Of a DNA stretch of 36,605 nt, positions 1 to 12,460 are shown piece after piece. The notes below the pieces were generated by a model that saw only the letters and a list, made by a program, of their open reading frames with translations, made no database searches and had not been told where the DNA came from. This stretch comes from Tubiluchus corallicola (Eukaryota; Animalia; Priapulida): contig JAQGDQ010000595.1 in NCBI GenBank assembly GCA_030141605.1, positions 96,126 through 132,730 on the forward strand. The letters are read 5' to 3'. Position numbers and translations under genes: made by a program. The first letter of the stretch is position 1, and the number at the start of each line of letters is the position of its first letter.

Positions 1-93
1 CACTGTTCACCTGTATACAAATGTAAATGTGTTGCGGTCAATCAAAAAGCAGGGCTTGTTAGATTGTCCCACACTGTAAAAGAAAAAAAAGTA
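1..93. repeat. Dispersed repeat fragment, near-identical to 23985..24077
   Basis: cactgttcacct.tata.aaatgtaaatgtgttgcgg.caatcaaaaagcagggcttgttagattgtc present at both sites. Confidence 0.8.
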
Positions 94-151
94 GTACGTT
101 ATCATAAGATTTAGACTATCATCAGTTGCCTGCAAACTATTGTTTTTTCAG

Positions 152-273
152 GAATTTCAGATATTCAGCATGCGTTTGGTTGAGGTGAACAAACGAGTGC
201 CAATACCTAGGGAAGCTTATAATGTCTTGTGGGAGCACTGTATTCGTCTAGCTAATAGGTCTTTTGTTGAAGG
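152..273 (+). CDS. VPS50: VPS50 coding exon (EFQIF...SFVEG)
   Basis: ttttttcag acceptor ends 151; donor gtatgc at 274; phase-2 end. Confidence 0.9.
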
Positions 274-3200
274 GTATGCTTTTTTCTCACACTTAGCTAT
301 TATGCCACGTATGGGTCACCATATTTCCTGCCTTGTTATTTATTTGCTCAACTGGGACAGCATGCGATCTGTATTTGCAAGGCACTGGTTGATTTTTTGA
401 TTTAATATTTTATTTCGATCTTCACAAAGTTCATATACACATCACAAATTAATACAAATAATACAATAAATCATGACACACAACAATAATACAAATAACA
501 ATTAACGATATAACAGACTACGCCAATGACGTCTAATTACAGAAGTAAAGTTTACATCACTGTTTGAAATGTTCTTGCATATAAAATTTTCACTCTTATT
601 CAGCCTGACGTGTAAACTGTATGCACATTTTCTGTGAATCACATCAAACTAAATAAGATTAAGTCTAGTAGAAATATATCTAGCGCTCGTATCATATGAA
701 AAGTTAAACAGCTGCCGTGTTGATACATTATATGCAACCTTGAGTTTGCTAAGATTGTAAGAATAAAAATGTGTCCAAGTGGACATACAATAAAGCGTAG
801 TGCAGTAACTGGGTTCAAGTGCGATTTAGGCTCAGTTTTTCAGAGCCTTTTTCTTTCAGTTAATTAGCCATTAGGTTAATTGTTGATTGTACAGTCTAGC
901 CTCGTTATCTCGCTCCTCGTTATGCCGCCAAACTCGTCTTTCGCCATAGAAAGTACCAGGACGGATTTCCTGCTTTGATATTTACCTCGTTAAGTCGCCA
1001 CCCTCGCTTCTCGCCCTCGCCACGTCACGCTAGGATGAGTGCTTATGTAAACTATATTCGTTATGTCGCCAAACAGACAAACTCAGAGGAGAATCGATCA
1101 ATACATATACCGCGTGTCGATCAATATAACCGCTGTATGTAGACAATGCTGCTGTACTCGATAGACAGACATAATTAATCTAGTGTGTGTCTCACCAGGA
1201 TTAGATTAGGAGTGCTGTGGTTGGTCACCGATATCCTTACTCTATAACACCTAAGTTTATTGCATTTAAGTGTATACTCGAAAAAGGTTTTTTAAATGAA
1301 AAAGTAACATTCTAAGATTATTTTTATGACATTTTTTCATTTCTGATTTAATGTTGATTGGTATCATAATGCGAAATATGTTTTATATGTACATAGAGGA
1401 ACACTATGTTAATCAACTATTATGTATATACATATAGACTAACTTCGTTATATTCCCGTTATCTCGCTATACTTCACGTCTTCATTTCAAGATCGTAATA
1501 GAAATGTATCATTTATGCTGCGTTGTGTGATGTTTGTAGGTATGCCAGTGCAAAGAAATGCAGTAACGAGGGTCGTGCACTCATGCAACTTGACTTTCAA
1601 CAATATCTAATGAAGTTGGAGAAATTAACCGATCTTAGGTAAGACGGCCTACCTTACATCCTTGGTAGGACAGCCTTGGTGTAGATCATGGATCCTGGCA
1701 CATCATTAACGTTGTCATAACCACCACCATTGTCATCAGCATTAATATCACTGTTTTTATGCCCATCGCTGTCATTGTCATCAACATCGTCAGCCTTGGT
1801 GTAGATCATCGATCCGGGCACATCATTAACGTTGTCATAATCACCACCATTGTCATCAGCAGTAATATCACTGTTATTATGACCATCGCTGTCGTTGTCG
1901 TCAACATCGTCATTATTGTATTCTCGCATCTATTTGTTTTACTTCATTTGTTACGCTAATTTATTGTTTGTTTATGTCATAATTAAGGCTTATTCATGTT
2001 CAGCATAGCTTGTAAGTTAATTTCTTCTGCTAAGCTCATAGCACTGCAATGCATTGTCTATTTGTAATTGTATAACTTGTATTTTGTAATATTGTGCTAA
2101 ATGGATGAATAAATAAATCTAAATCTAGACATAAATAGACATAATTGTCTGATTATTAACTAAAGAATTATTTTTGTACAGCGTTCCCTCACTTATCTCG
2201 GGTGTTCCGTTCCAGGCGTGAATTTCCGCGAAATAGGGACGCTGCACTTATTTAACACTAACACGTTTGGGTGGCATCGTACGGCTTGAATAAATTCAGT
2301 CTCTAACGAAATTTCACATATAGCGCACAAGAAAACAAATTGCACGGTACCTGAGCCAATCAGCGACTGGGATACAGAGCAGCATTATCTGGTTGGTCGC
2401 TTTCCATCAATCAACCAATCGTGCAATCTCACGTCGGCAAGTAGCATCTCAAGCGGGCGCAACTACTACATTTCGTTTTTGGTGTGCATTCATCTGCCGA
2501 GTAAATACACTATTTACTGTAAATGGTAGTTTTTTATGATTTATAACATTCTTTGAAAACCCGCGAAACAGCGAGTCCACGATAAACGAACCGCGAAGTA
2601 GCGAGGGAACACTGTTCTTTTATCTGCTTTGAAGTTAATATTGCTATAATTTGCATAGAATAACTCAAACGTTTGTTTCTTGCACAGAGGTGTGGAAACA
2701 GCAGGAGGCATATTCACATTTTAATTTGTTTATTTTTATACGTTACGTAATTACTTGTTTTAATTTCAGGCCAATTCCGGATAGAGAATACGTAGAAGCT
2801 TATATAAAAGCTTATTATTTGCCGGATACTGTTATGGAAGAATGGGTAAAAGAACATAAGGTATGGTGGTAATTTGTCTTGTGATTTATTTTTTATTGTT
2901 TGTAATTCTTCTACTTACTTTTGCGAAATATATTATGTCCTAAAGGTGCAGACATTTGGCAGATGTTCAAAGCTAAATGAAAAAGCAATTTGCAAACCAC
3001 CCGAATCGTACATTTTCCCTCATTGCAGCTTTCGTGATTTAATTTAATTTAAATTAATGTGTGCTTTTATAAAAAAACGTCCAAAAGTTGGCACTTAAGC
3101 TTTTGTAGTTATTGAGATATCCTAAATCTCCATTTTCACGAGGATCATTTTGATTTCAAGCTCATTGTTCAGTGTTATTTCTAAGCTGAGATAATCCACG

Positions 3201-4022
3201 TTGAAGATGAAGTGCATTGCAAAAAACAAGATCTTGAAAAAGTTTGTGTTAAAGTTTGCTATTGTTTTTTGTTGCATTTCGATAAAACACTTAGCTAAGG
3301 TTAGTTGGACTTTGCCAAGACCACATTGAAGTTATATTTAAGTCCAGTAGATGGCTCTTCCAGACAATGATCTGGGCTTGGCAACAGAAAAACTGCAAGC
3401 AAAATGACTGCTTCCACGAGCTACTACCGGAGTTTCAAAATACAAATTTTTCACAAATGCTGTACTGGTTTTTAGCCAGAGAAGTGGAAACGGGGTTATG
3501 AAATTAAATTTTTAGTATCTTTTGAATATTTTCTTGGTGATTAGATGCTGCAATATAAAAAGTCCAATATATTTAGTGTTTGTTTTTATAAAAAAAACAG
3601 AAAACTGACATTTGATCGTATTTTTTGTGCATTCTACTTTGAAGCATGATAACACAGTTTTAACTGTGCCGAGTTGTGGACGGTTTTGGTTTGCAAGCAC
3701 ACTAATAAGGAAACTAAGAAACTGTTACAGAATTTCTTATGTTACTATGAAAATCCCCAGATCGCAACATGACCCCAATGAGTTTACCATTTTGCTGCAC
3801 TTTTAGACTATCTGACATAAATCTTTTTTTTAATTGCTAATTTAATGAAAAATAATTTTTGTGAATCTTTAATACATTGGTTGGCTCATTGGTTTTACCG
3901 TTTTGCAGGAATATACTAACAAACAACTCATTGCTCTAGTCAGCTGCGTAACTCACTTGAGTAAGAAAACGCGACAAAGAATTATAAATTCCATTGAGGA
4001 TTCGGAGAAGATCAAGCGATGA
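152..4022 (+). CDS. VPS50: VPS50/syndetin (CCDC132, EARP complex subunit), 3' part; join(152..273,1540..1638,2770..2860,3909..4022), 5'-partial
   Basis: Spliced translation [141 protein letters not shown] matches the recalled VPS50 C-terminus ([35 protein letters not shown]); all introns GT-AG and in phase. Confidence 0.95.
392..825 (-). mobile_element. 3' end of a decayed RTE-X-like LINE (ORF2 C-terminus plus tail)
   Basis: Minus frame 825..502 reads [12 protein letters not shown]...KLKVAYN...SAR...*...[16 protein letters not shown]...SD...HWRSLLYR*, resembling recalled RTE-X ORF2 C-termini; one internal stop; AATAAA and A-rich tail. Confidence 0.65.
892..1470. mobile_element. Partial Tc1/pogo-like non-autonomous element
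   Basis: Starts TA|CAGTCTAGCCTCGTTATCTCG with repeated CGTTA..TCGC motifs; second terminus not found, end approximate. Confidence 0.4.
1540..1638 (+). CDS. VPS50: VPS50 coding exon ([33 protein letters not shown])
   Basis: tgtttgtag acceptor, gtaaga donor; 99 nt; not in ORF track. Confidence 0.93.
1671..1910. repeat. Tandem duplication, 2 x 120 bp
   Basis: cagccttggtgtagatcat...tcaacatcgt at 1671 and 1791. Confidence 0.9.
2179..2614. mobile_element. pogo/Tigger-like MITE
   Basis: TA|CAGCGTTCCCTCACT...AGCGAGGGAACACTG imperfect TIRs; right TA degraded to TT. Confidence 0.7.
2770..2860 (+). CDS. VPS50: VPS50 coding exon ([17 protein letters not shown]...KEHK)
   Basis: aatttcag acceptor, gtatgg donor. 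Confidence 0.93.
3909..4022 (+). CDS. VPS50: VPS50 terminal coding exon (EYTNKQL...KIKR*)
   Basis: ttttgcag acceptor; TGA at 4020-4022. Confidence 0.9.
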   Translation, partial: EYTNKQLIALVSCVTHLSKKTRQRIINSIEDSEKIKR

Positions 4023-4270
4023 GCGTCTTGGGAGCAGAAATTAGTCGACACATTAATAGTGGCATTCCATATGAGCGAAAATAGATTATTTATTTAGACA
4101 ACTTGACATTAACTTTTTGCTGTCTCAAGTACATAAAATGTAAGTTGAAGATTACGGGCCCAAAGTTTTATGATTCAACATTTATGGATGAAGTGAAGCA
4201 TTAATACTCAATAGATGCAGCTTGAATGCTGTAATTCACACAATAGTACTATACTACATTGTGTGAATGT

Positions 4271-4786
4271 CAGGGATGAGAATGACTAATTGCAAAAAAC
4301 TCTGAAACAGGTCGGGGTTTTTGGGGCCACCTAGGCCCCTAATGGGGTTCAAGGGAGCCCCCTTGGATCCAGCAACAAATTGCAATTTTGCGACCATAGA
4401 GAGCCTCTAAGTGGACTTAAAATATCAATTACCTTGTTTCATGCATAATTTAAAATACCCAACCAGCAAAGAAGCATGATACCTAATTGTCTCAAAAACG
4501 TCCAAGTACTGGCCGCTCCTATGCAAAAGTATATAAAAACTGTCTGCAATTGTTTCAAATAACTCCGTAAATCGATTCTATATTTTTATACATAGAGATA
4601 TACACGTGGTTACACTGATGTACGTGATGTAAACAAAGAGACGGCCTGCCATCTAGCGGTCAGTTTGTGAAATGTACTGGGTCCGTAAAAATTTTCTCAA
4701 CAAATTTACGCGATTTACAAAAAATGGCACTATTGGTCTTCCAAAAACTCGGAATTCCGCGTATCCGCGGAAAATTCTCATCCCTG
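4271..4786 (+). mobile_element. hAT-like MITE family A, copy 1 (just downstream of the VPS50 stop)
   Basis: TIR CAGGGATGAGAAT...ATTCTCATCCCTG; flanked by gaatgt/gaatgt; two more copies in the window. Confidence 0.88.
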
Positions 4787-6142
4787 GAATGTAAGTTAAA
4801 GTGTTGCTTCGTGCTTGACAAATAGGTTAAATTTTGCAAATATAAGTTATGGTGATACTTGACAAATGTATGAGGTAACGCCGTTTTAAGTTTAGAAATG
4901 TCAGAAATGCTGTTTTCGGATATTTACGGTACACCTGCATTTTTAGCACAAGATACTAAGCTACTACATCAGCAGATAGATGATATATACGCATGCAGTA
5001 TCAGTAGTAAATGTTGAAATATTAATGCGTACAGTCAGTTGGGATAGAAAGACCACATTATTGTGGCTCTTCATCTAACATTAATACATTGTTTTAAAAA
5101 ATCGCGCAAATTTGTACGATTTTACTGCATAAATTTGTTCTCTGTTGCTAAGAAACCAGTTTATCGACTGTCTACCTGCTAATTCAAAGCTGTGTAACTG
5201 ATGTAAACTTTGATTCACTGATGTAATTTTGCCCGAGCGAATTCAACTCAAACCGTGTCCAGAATTTTAAACACAACTTTACAGTGACTGTCAACTCTGT
5301 ACCACTAAAGATATATATATATATGAGACAGTGACCAAATCCATTCTCATAGTCATGAAGTTAGACTCGTGTATGTACAGTTTAGATATGTATGTACAGA
5401 AGTATCTATAGAAATTATTTACCTAGTTATAAATTCCGTGATGTATGTTAAGCTATCGCTCAAAAACATCTACACAAAATCTGGTATACCTTTTGTTTCA
5501 CATATTTTATTTTACAATAAGGTAGGAATACATTATAACTGATCATAGTTCTTAAGCACATTGTGATTATACACTTAGTTAATAAACATTCCAGTACTAA
5601 TGTTGTTTAACCTAAATATTGATGTTTGTTGCTTTACCATTACTAATCTTTAAATAGACTATTGAAAAAATACATTAAAATAATGCCAAGTTGAACAGTA
5701 GCTTACGTAAGCAAAATTTTCACTGTACATGTGTATCTACAGTACTAAGATGTGCATGTGTGCGAACATTCCCTGTACAAAGACTATAGCGAGTCAATAC
5801 TTTTGTTAAACACAGTATGAATTACAGATGGAGGTAGACCAGTCAGTGTTCAACTAGCAAATCGGGCAGTTCTATATAAATCAAATATTTCAATTTTCAT
5901 AACTGGAAAAGTAAATAAAAGATGCAGCCGCAGGAAAATTTTTTATCAACGAGCCTTTTAAATTCTAAGGTTTAGAAGAACAACATGTTTCTTGCTGTCA
6001 GCATCAGCAGCCTACACTCATTTAAAGAATGGTATGACTCGAATTAATCGAGAAAAACAGAATTGAATTAAAAATCAATAAACGTACAGTACGTACAAAT
6101 GAACTCTTTCACATTAGTACTGCAGTTTTATGAGCTCTAAAC

Positions 6143-6540
6143 CAGGGGTGTGCAAACTGCGGCCCGCCGAGAGATCTTGTGGGGCCTGCGAAAAGGCTTG
6201 TCAACATAATGAAAGTGCGGCCCACGCGATCCAGCTAAAGTCTGCGCAAAGATAGTGCGGGGAGTTTCCCCTAGATCGGATGGCATTAACCCTTACAAGA
6301 CCGTTGTCACTTAATGTCACTGTCGGTCATGACGAAATATTTGGTTTTTAATATAAATTTTAATAACTAAATAGTTTCTTGAGTGTAGTAGTGCAGTAGT
6401 AATGATGTGCGCAAATCTGATGCAAAAAATTGTTATTAGGTCCTACTGTACTTGGCTCCTTGACCAAACTGTATGCGACCCGCAGGAATTGCGGGAATGT
6501 TTAATGTGGCCCGGCTAGTCAGATAATTTGCACACCCCTG
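6143..6540 (+). mobile_element. hAT (Charlie-like) MITE family B, copy 1
   Basis: TIR CAGGGGTGTGCAAA...TTTGCACACCCCTG; perfect 8-bp TSD CTCTAAAC; GCGGCCCG subterminal motifs. Confidence 0.92.
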
Positions 6541-6754
6541 CTCTAAACTAAGGAATACAGAGAATAAAAGCCAAATACAACAAACAAAAAATTACGTACA
6601 CGAGCGACAGTTTTTGCTCTGCCACTAAAACTGGCTTAAAAAACTGACTGGTTGCCTTGCAGGTTCAATTTGTACAAGAAATTTCAGTTGACTACGACCT
6701 AATTACAAGTGCCAGTGAATGAACAAAATACTACATCCGTTAAAAGTTAAAAGG

Positions 6755-6760
6755 TTTATT
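6755..6760 (-). terminator. Candidate poly(A) signal of SUMO1
   Basis: AATAAA on the minus strand about 580 nt past the stop codon. Confidence 0.35.
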
Positions 6761-7341
6761 CTTCCGCAGTGTGCAATGTCAAAATTTCTTACAATTTAAT
6801 TACGGAAAATAAAATATGTGTGCAAAACAAAAAAAAGTCAATATGCAACTAACAAACTACTGTTATAACATGCTACACCTTTTAGACAGATAATTTACAA
6901 GTTATTCTGATTTTCACCTGCTGCTCATATTTAAAATGTACAGATGTAAACAGTTTTTTACTGCAAGAGCAAGCACAGAATGAAAAGTTATTTAAGTTCA
7001 TCTGTATCTTTGTAACAACGATAGCAATCTAATGAAAATGACGAACATTAACGAACTCAGTTGCGAGAAAAACGCAGTTTCCGAATCCTACTGCTCTTGA
7101 TAATTCCAATATATAGAGATCTTTTATAAGTGTTATAAAATGGAAGCAACAATGCTGATGACCGTGACGATGATGATGACAAGCAAAGACAATGACGTAG
7201 CAGCAAGTGGTTAAGCAGTCCCATTGGCTTTACTTTACTTCCAACAAATGTCTTTACTATCCTTACAAAAAGCAGCACGATAAACCCAATGGGACGATGA
7301 AAAAGTCATTTATACAAGTTCGCGCACACGCAGACAGACGG

Positions 7342-7410
7342 TCAGTCTGTGCTGCTGCCTCCCGTTTGCTCTTGGTACACTTCAATCACGTCTTCATTCT
7401 CCATTTCCAG
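7342..7410 (-). CDS. SUMO1: SUMO1 exon 5 ([22 protein letters not shown])
   Basis: tttttattag acceptor; di-Gly motif; TGA at 7344-7342. Confidence 0.94.
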   Translation of the reverse strand: MEMENEDVIEVYQEQTGGSSTD

Positions 7411-10400
7411 CTAATAAAAAAATTATTTCAACTGAGTATAACAATGATTAATAAGCAATGTCGTATAGTGTACACTTATTTTGTGCATTTAGTAAATGGT
7501 ACATCCTTGCACTTAAACCTTTAAAAAATTCTGATGCTCTATTTTGCTACAAATGTAAACAAAAATAAAGACAATCTTTTATTCATGAATTAAAGAACCC
7601 ATAAAATCGGCACTCACATCGCTAGTTGTGTGATTTCAAGGTCAAATTTAACGTAAAAACGAGTTTTTTTGAACTAAAAGTGCTAACTGTCAATTAAAGT
7701 TTGACACCAATTTTATTAAATTTCATGATTTCCTAATGAAATCGAACCTCGAAGTTGCACTTTTTCAAAACATTTTGTTAGGTTTTGCCCGTGAAAAAAT
7801 TTGGAAAATCACAGGCTAAACGAATGTGCTAGCAACAGCTTGCTCGGATACAAAGTTGTTTCAGTGACGCTGAATTTGCAAACAATGCTACACAGTGAGA
7901 TGTGACAATTGATAATCAAACACAAACGTTGTCATAACTAAGGGCTGAGATTTTGCTGGCATCATTTAGTGAGTAAAACGAGCGATTCCAAATTCCAAAC
8001 TTTATACAGAAATGACACATTTGCACCCTATTTATTCTTATACCCACCAAGAAAAAGTTAAAAGTATCAGAAAATCCTAGTTAGACCATTTTGTTTCTGC
8101 TTTTGCGCAAAATTGAAATTTTATAAAGCGTTCTATTTACAAGACAAATGTGGCAAAGAATCTCGATAGTTAGGCCTACAAGATACAAGTCAGTGGTATC
8201 ATGTAAAATACTCATTAGTTATAATCTCATCACCGAACTGATGCAATGTATACAGAAAGTTATAATTATAGGTGACTAGAATAATACATACAATCGCTGT
8301 CAGTTTTAGTACAAAACCGATCTACTTCGTATCTATCTAGTTTTATACTTCGACTGCCGTTGATTGTACATATTACCTTAGTTATAATTTATGCCATAGA
8401 AGAGCTGTACCTAGTAAATGAAAAACTGAAGGTTATAGTTATGAGAACATTGATAACTGATATTGTGTTAGCAATTATGTGAAAAGCATGGACAAAGACA
8501 AATTTTACCTGTTTTGGAGTATCATCGTCGTTGATTCGTCGTCCGTCAAACAAAAACCGCAACGAGCTCGCTGGCATGCCCTGTGATAATGAAAAGCAAT
8601 TGATGCTCATTTTCTATCAAGACTTACACATTAATTATGACGAAATAGTTTTATTATTAAACACAGCAAGCAGTCACTTTGTAAAATTGAATAGTCCAAT
8701 ACACTAGGTTTCCACCCTAAATATTGAAGACATAACAGATTCTCTATTGCTTTGGCAATACTCACCCCAAGGTTTCAGAATTTCTTTAAAATGGAATGTC
8801 TAGCAAATTAAGTCTGAACTATCCCAAGGTTAGGGCAATGGGCAGAAGTGTATCAGTTTTTAGCAACCGGTCTGCGAATTTCAAACATAGCTATAGACTT
8901 ACGAACTTAGAAGTTTTTTTTAAAGAAAATACCAAAGAGAATTTCAGAGTTTTAGTCTTTAAAATGGAATGTCTAGAAAATTAAGTCTGAACCACCCAAG
9001 GTTAGGGCAATGGGCAGAAGTGCATCAGTTTTTAGCAGCTGGTCTGGGAATTTCAAACATAACTATAGACTTATGAACTTAGTTTTTTTTCAGAATTTTA
9101 GTCTTTAAAATGTAACGTGTGACAGCGAAAGAATGAGTAGCAAAATTTCCTTTTCATTAAATTGACTTGCTGCAAAACAAGTTACTGGTAAGCAAAAACA
9201 ATGTAAATGCATTAAGTAAAGGAATTAGGCATTCACTTATTACCAAAAATACAGACTTGCACTCTAGTTAGAGTACACGTGCACACGCGCCAGTTTAGAA
9301 AAAACTAACTATGTACTTACGACTCGTTCGCTATATGACTTCTTTAATTTTCCAAGCTGCGTTGTCATTTTGACTTTAAAGTGGATCTCCCCCTGATCCT
9401 GTAATATGACAGTTTAACTTTAAATCTGCTTGAAGCCGGTACAATAGACAAGTCCAAATTTACTGATACATTATTATTATTATTACCTTTTAGCCGGAAA
9501 TACTTTTATTTTAAATATTACTTAGTTACACTACATTAATACTCAGCTACTGAGTGGTAAATGAAGTCGGATTGGACGTTTAATCTACTTTTGTTTTCAA
9601 TATGATAGTAACGAACTGGTGCTGGTTTTGAAAGGAGGTGCTTTTTTCATTATTACATCACATTTGCTGAATACGTATCATTTCTATGTTGTACTCAAAA
9701 ATTTGATTATTACGTAGACCTCGAATATAAAGAGCCTTGGTTACAGCAGACATATTTTGGTGGCGCCCGGAAAATGCGTCGTAAGTGGACTATACTGTAT
9801 GAAGACAAACTTGGCCAACCCAAAACTGGGTTGCGATTTTTATCGATAGCCCAAGTAGCACCGCATGAAAAATTTTATGCATAGATTCATAACCAGGGGC
9901 CAGTTTCAGTAAGTTGTCACAAAGTTAACGACATCATTATTAATAGTTTAGTCAATGTAAAAACGACACGTTGAGATTTATGGTCAGAACACTGAAGGGA
10001 TGAAATGCATTATGGCAACTTCAGTTTAAACTTAGCAGAGCAACTGGAGCAAGCACCATAGGCAAAAAAGCTAAATGAAACTGAATGTAATCATGATAAT
10101 TAGTAATCAAATTCATAAATTTTAAAACAGGAGAAATCTTTGGGCAGTTACATAATCATCGTACGTTACAAGTAGCAAGCCATTATCCCCACACTAGTTC
10201 ATTAAGGAAAAAAGAAGCAAAATTTATAGTTTACCTGTCCAATAACTTTTAATTTAATATATTCGGCTCCCTGATCGCCACCAGCATCTTTTGCATCCTA
10301 AAAATATTCAAGTTTCAAGTTAGACACCCATAACCCGTATTATTTTTTTAGCAAGGCAGAAAAAGTGTACATGTGATTTTTATAGTGCTTTTAGCTTCTC

Positions 10401-12144
10401 AAAAACCAAAACTTTGTTATAGTAAAAGTTGGTCTTTTTGCTTACAGTTGTTACTACAATCTATTTCAAAACCAATCTATATTACTCGTTGATAATTGAG
10501 CATTGTCTGACAATTATCAGTAATAAGATTAGCGTAGCTAGATGTCAATTATATCAGTGCAATATAGTTCAATTAACTTCAATATTTAATTGTTCATTGT
10601 CTAACTTCTGTAGATCATTCTCAAAGTCTGGACTCTAATCTCCTCATGCAGTCATACAGGTAATTTTTTGTGCTTTAACTATCTGCTTATTTATTTTACC
10701 TCAGATCATCAAAAATCGCTCTGTATATTTCAGTTGCCATTGTTATTATGTTTGTTGTCAGATTTTTATTTCAGTTATTTTCAGTTTGATTTTTTTTTAT
10801 TATGCACTTATTATTACTGTGTATGAATTGTACTAACACGTTATAAGCATATCAATTTAATCTCATTCGTAACAATTAAATTTTTGTTATAAGCAGTACT
10901 AACACTAACACACTGTAACATAGCGCCTATAAGAAATGTCCATCACTAACCAAAGGGCAGCTGACTAGATGACCAATTGGTCTTTCGCTGCCCTTTCTTC
11001 ACATTTTTGTTTCAAAATTAATTGTATCATAACTGTGCGTGTGTTACAAGATAAATAAAAGATTATTATTATTATTCATAGGAAGCACAACATGGTCTAT
11101 AGATAATGAAAAAGATTGGAACTTCAGTTATGTAAAAGTGCTGGCTATTGTAAACTACAGACTGCTACGTTTCTTTTAATTAAGTTTTTTTTACATCAAT
11201 ATTCACTAAAACTTGCAACAAAAGCCAATAGGAATGTTTGATCACACGAACAGTAAACAATTCTACAGGCTTTAACAGCCAATCAACTATGATCACAAAA
11301 ACATACAAATTTTTGTCAAAACTGTAATCACACATTTTCTTGGAAATTATCAACTAAGTGAGGAAGGATTTTAGAATCAAGTGATCAGTCTAGCACGGTT
11401 GCTTTGCATAAATGGCTCTTGACAAGCTATTTTAATCGCGGGCCAGACGTGTGGTTTCAGCTGCTATACTGATTCTGGTGCTTACTTAGTAGATGGAGGG
11501 CATACAATGTGTGTTACCATCTGAACCTGGTTAAGGTTAGTCTGTCGGTATTGTGGTTCATTCTACAGGGTTAATCTTGATAAGCCAAGCTCCAGTCCAG
11601 CTCGAGTACTTAAGCCAGGTTGTTATACTTATAAGTACGCCAAATTCCGGCTTGCAGAATATGAAGGGTACAAAAAATTTTATGAGTGGCACTCAGACAG
11701 CCTTACATAATAACCAAAAAAGATAATTAGGCAGTACAGATTTTACTGTACAAAAACGGGTATTTTTAAATTTTATGATTTTGTACATGCCTGTGTTTGT
11801 AAATCTTTTCAAAAATAAAGTGCAATTTTTGGTTTTTGCAAAATGAAGTCATGAAATTCAAACACATTTTGTCGTTGTGCATAAACGAGTTATACTCGTA
11901 CATTTAACCATTTAAGAACTTAACAAGCAACCGGCTATAATAAAAGCATCAAAATTAGCCTCATGACAACACAAAGCCCACTTCATAAATTAAACTAGAG
12001 TTTCTATTGTAAAGCTCTGCCACAAATAGATCATGTTACTATTGTCAAATCTACCACAACCATTTAATTTGTATTGACACTAATAACGTAGCGAAATAAG
12101 AAAGAAACAAAATGTGAAATTAAACAAAGTACCTGTTCCGACAT
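7342..12144 (-). CDS. SUMO1: SUMO1-type small ubiquitin-like modifier, complete, 97 aa; complement(join(7342..7410,8509..8580,9321..9398,10235..10297,12133..12144))
   Basis: Translation [97 protein letters not shown]; SUMO1-class motifs [31 protein letters not shown] plus 4-aa propeptide; four phase-0 GT-AG introns. Confidence 0.95.
8509..8580 (-). CDS. SUMO1: SUMO1 exon 4 ([24 protein letters not shown])
   Basis: ttatcacag acceptor, gtaaaa donor; inside ORF 8389..8610. Confidence 0.94.
8774..9112. repeat. Tandem duplication of about 175 bp in SUMO1 intron 3
   Basis: tctttaaaatggaatgtctag...ggttagggcaatgggcagaagtg...gaacttag occurs twice, with the start of a third unit. Confidence 0.85.
9321..9398 (-). 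CDS. SUMO1: SUMO1 exon 3 ([26 protein letters not shown])
   Basis: ttacag acceptor, gtaagt donor. Confidence 0.94.
10235..10297 (-). CDS. SUMO1: SUMO1 exon 2 ([21 protein letters not shown])
   Basis: tttttag acceptor, gtaaac donor. Confidence 0.92.
10870..11077 (+). mobile_element. LINE-type 3' tail with stem-loop and (ATT)n end
   Basis: Hairpin aaagggcagc...gctgcccttt 10952-10996, then AATAAA and attattattatt. Confidence 0.45.
12133..12144 (-). CDS. SUMO1: SUMO1 coding exon 1 (MSEQ)
   Basis: aaaaATG TCG GAA CAG followed by gtac donor; same 12-nt first coding exon as vertebrate SUMO1 (MSDQ). Confidence 0.85.
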
Positions 12145-12460
12145 TTTTATTTCCACGCTCTGAACATCCGGGCATTTTTCTTACACAAGCCGCTAATTGG
12201 CGCTAAATATAATAAGTAAATGTGAAATTACCTTTTTGTAAAAATTAAATTAACAACGCTGTGAACTAAATTAGGCAAATATATTATTTTTGTTGCACAG
12301 CTGGCGTTTTATTTTTGCTTTTTATTTTTTAATAAACAAAAATATGAAATGCCTGATCACGTGATTTCACAGCACGTGGGCACATTGACTGGGGTGACGG
12401 TGAGCTGATGTGATGAATTATTTTGTGTCGTGGCCGGCTTCCATGCTTCAGTAAGTTTTT
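12145..12460. promoter_or_regulatory. Putative bidirectional SUMO1/ACLY promoter with E-boxes and SRE-like motif
   Basis: ATCACGTGAT palindrome 12356-12365, CACGTG 12373-12378, GTCACCCCAG on the minus strand 12389-12398 (SRE consensus ATCACCCCAC), Inr-like TCAGT near 12448, candidate donor gtaagt at 12525. Confidence 0.5.

Noticed and set aside
1654-1929. D/N-rich 91-aa minus ORF
   Set aside because: Arises from a low-complexity 120-bp tandem duplication antisense in a VPS50 intron; no recognisable family
2941-3806. Possible Kolobok-like element (taaaggtgcag...ctgcactttta)
   Set aside because: Only ~11-bp imperfect inverted ends, no intact TTAA duplication, no second copy in the window
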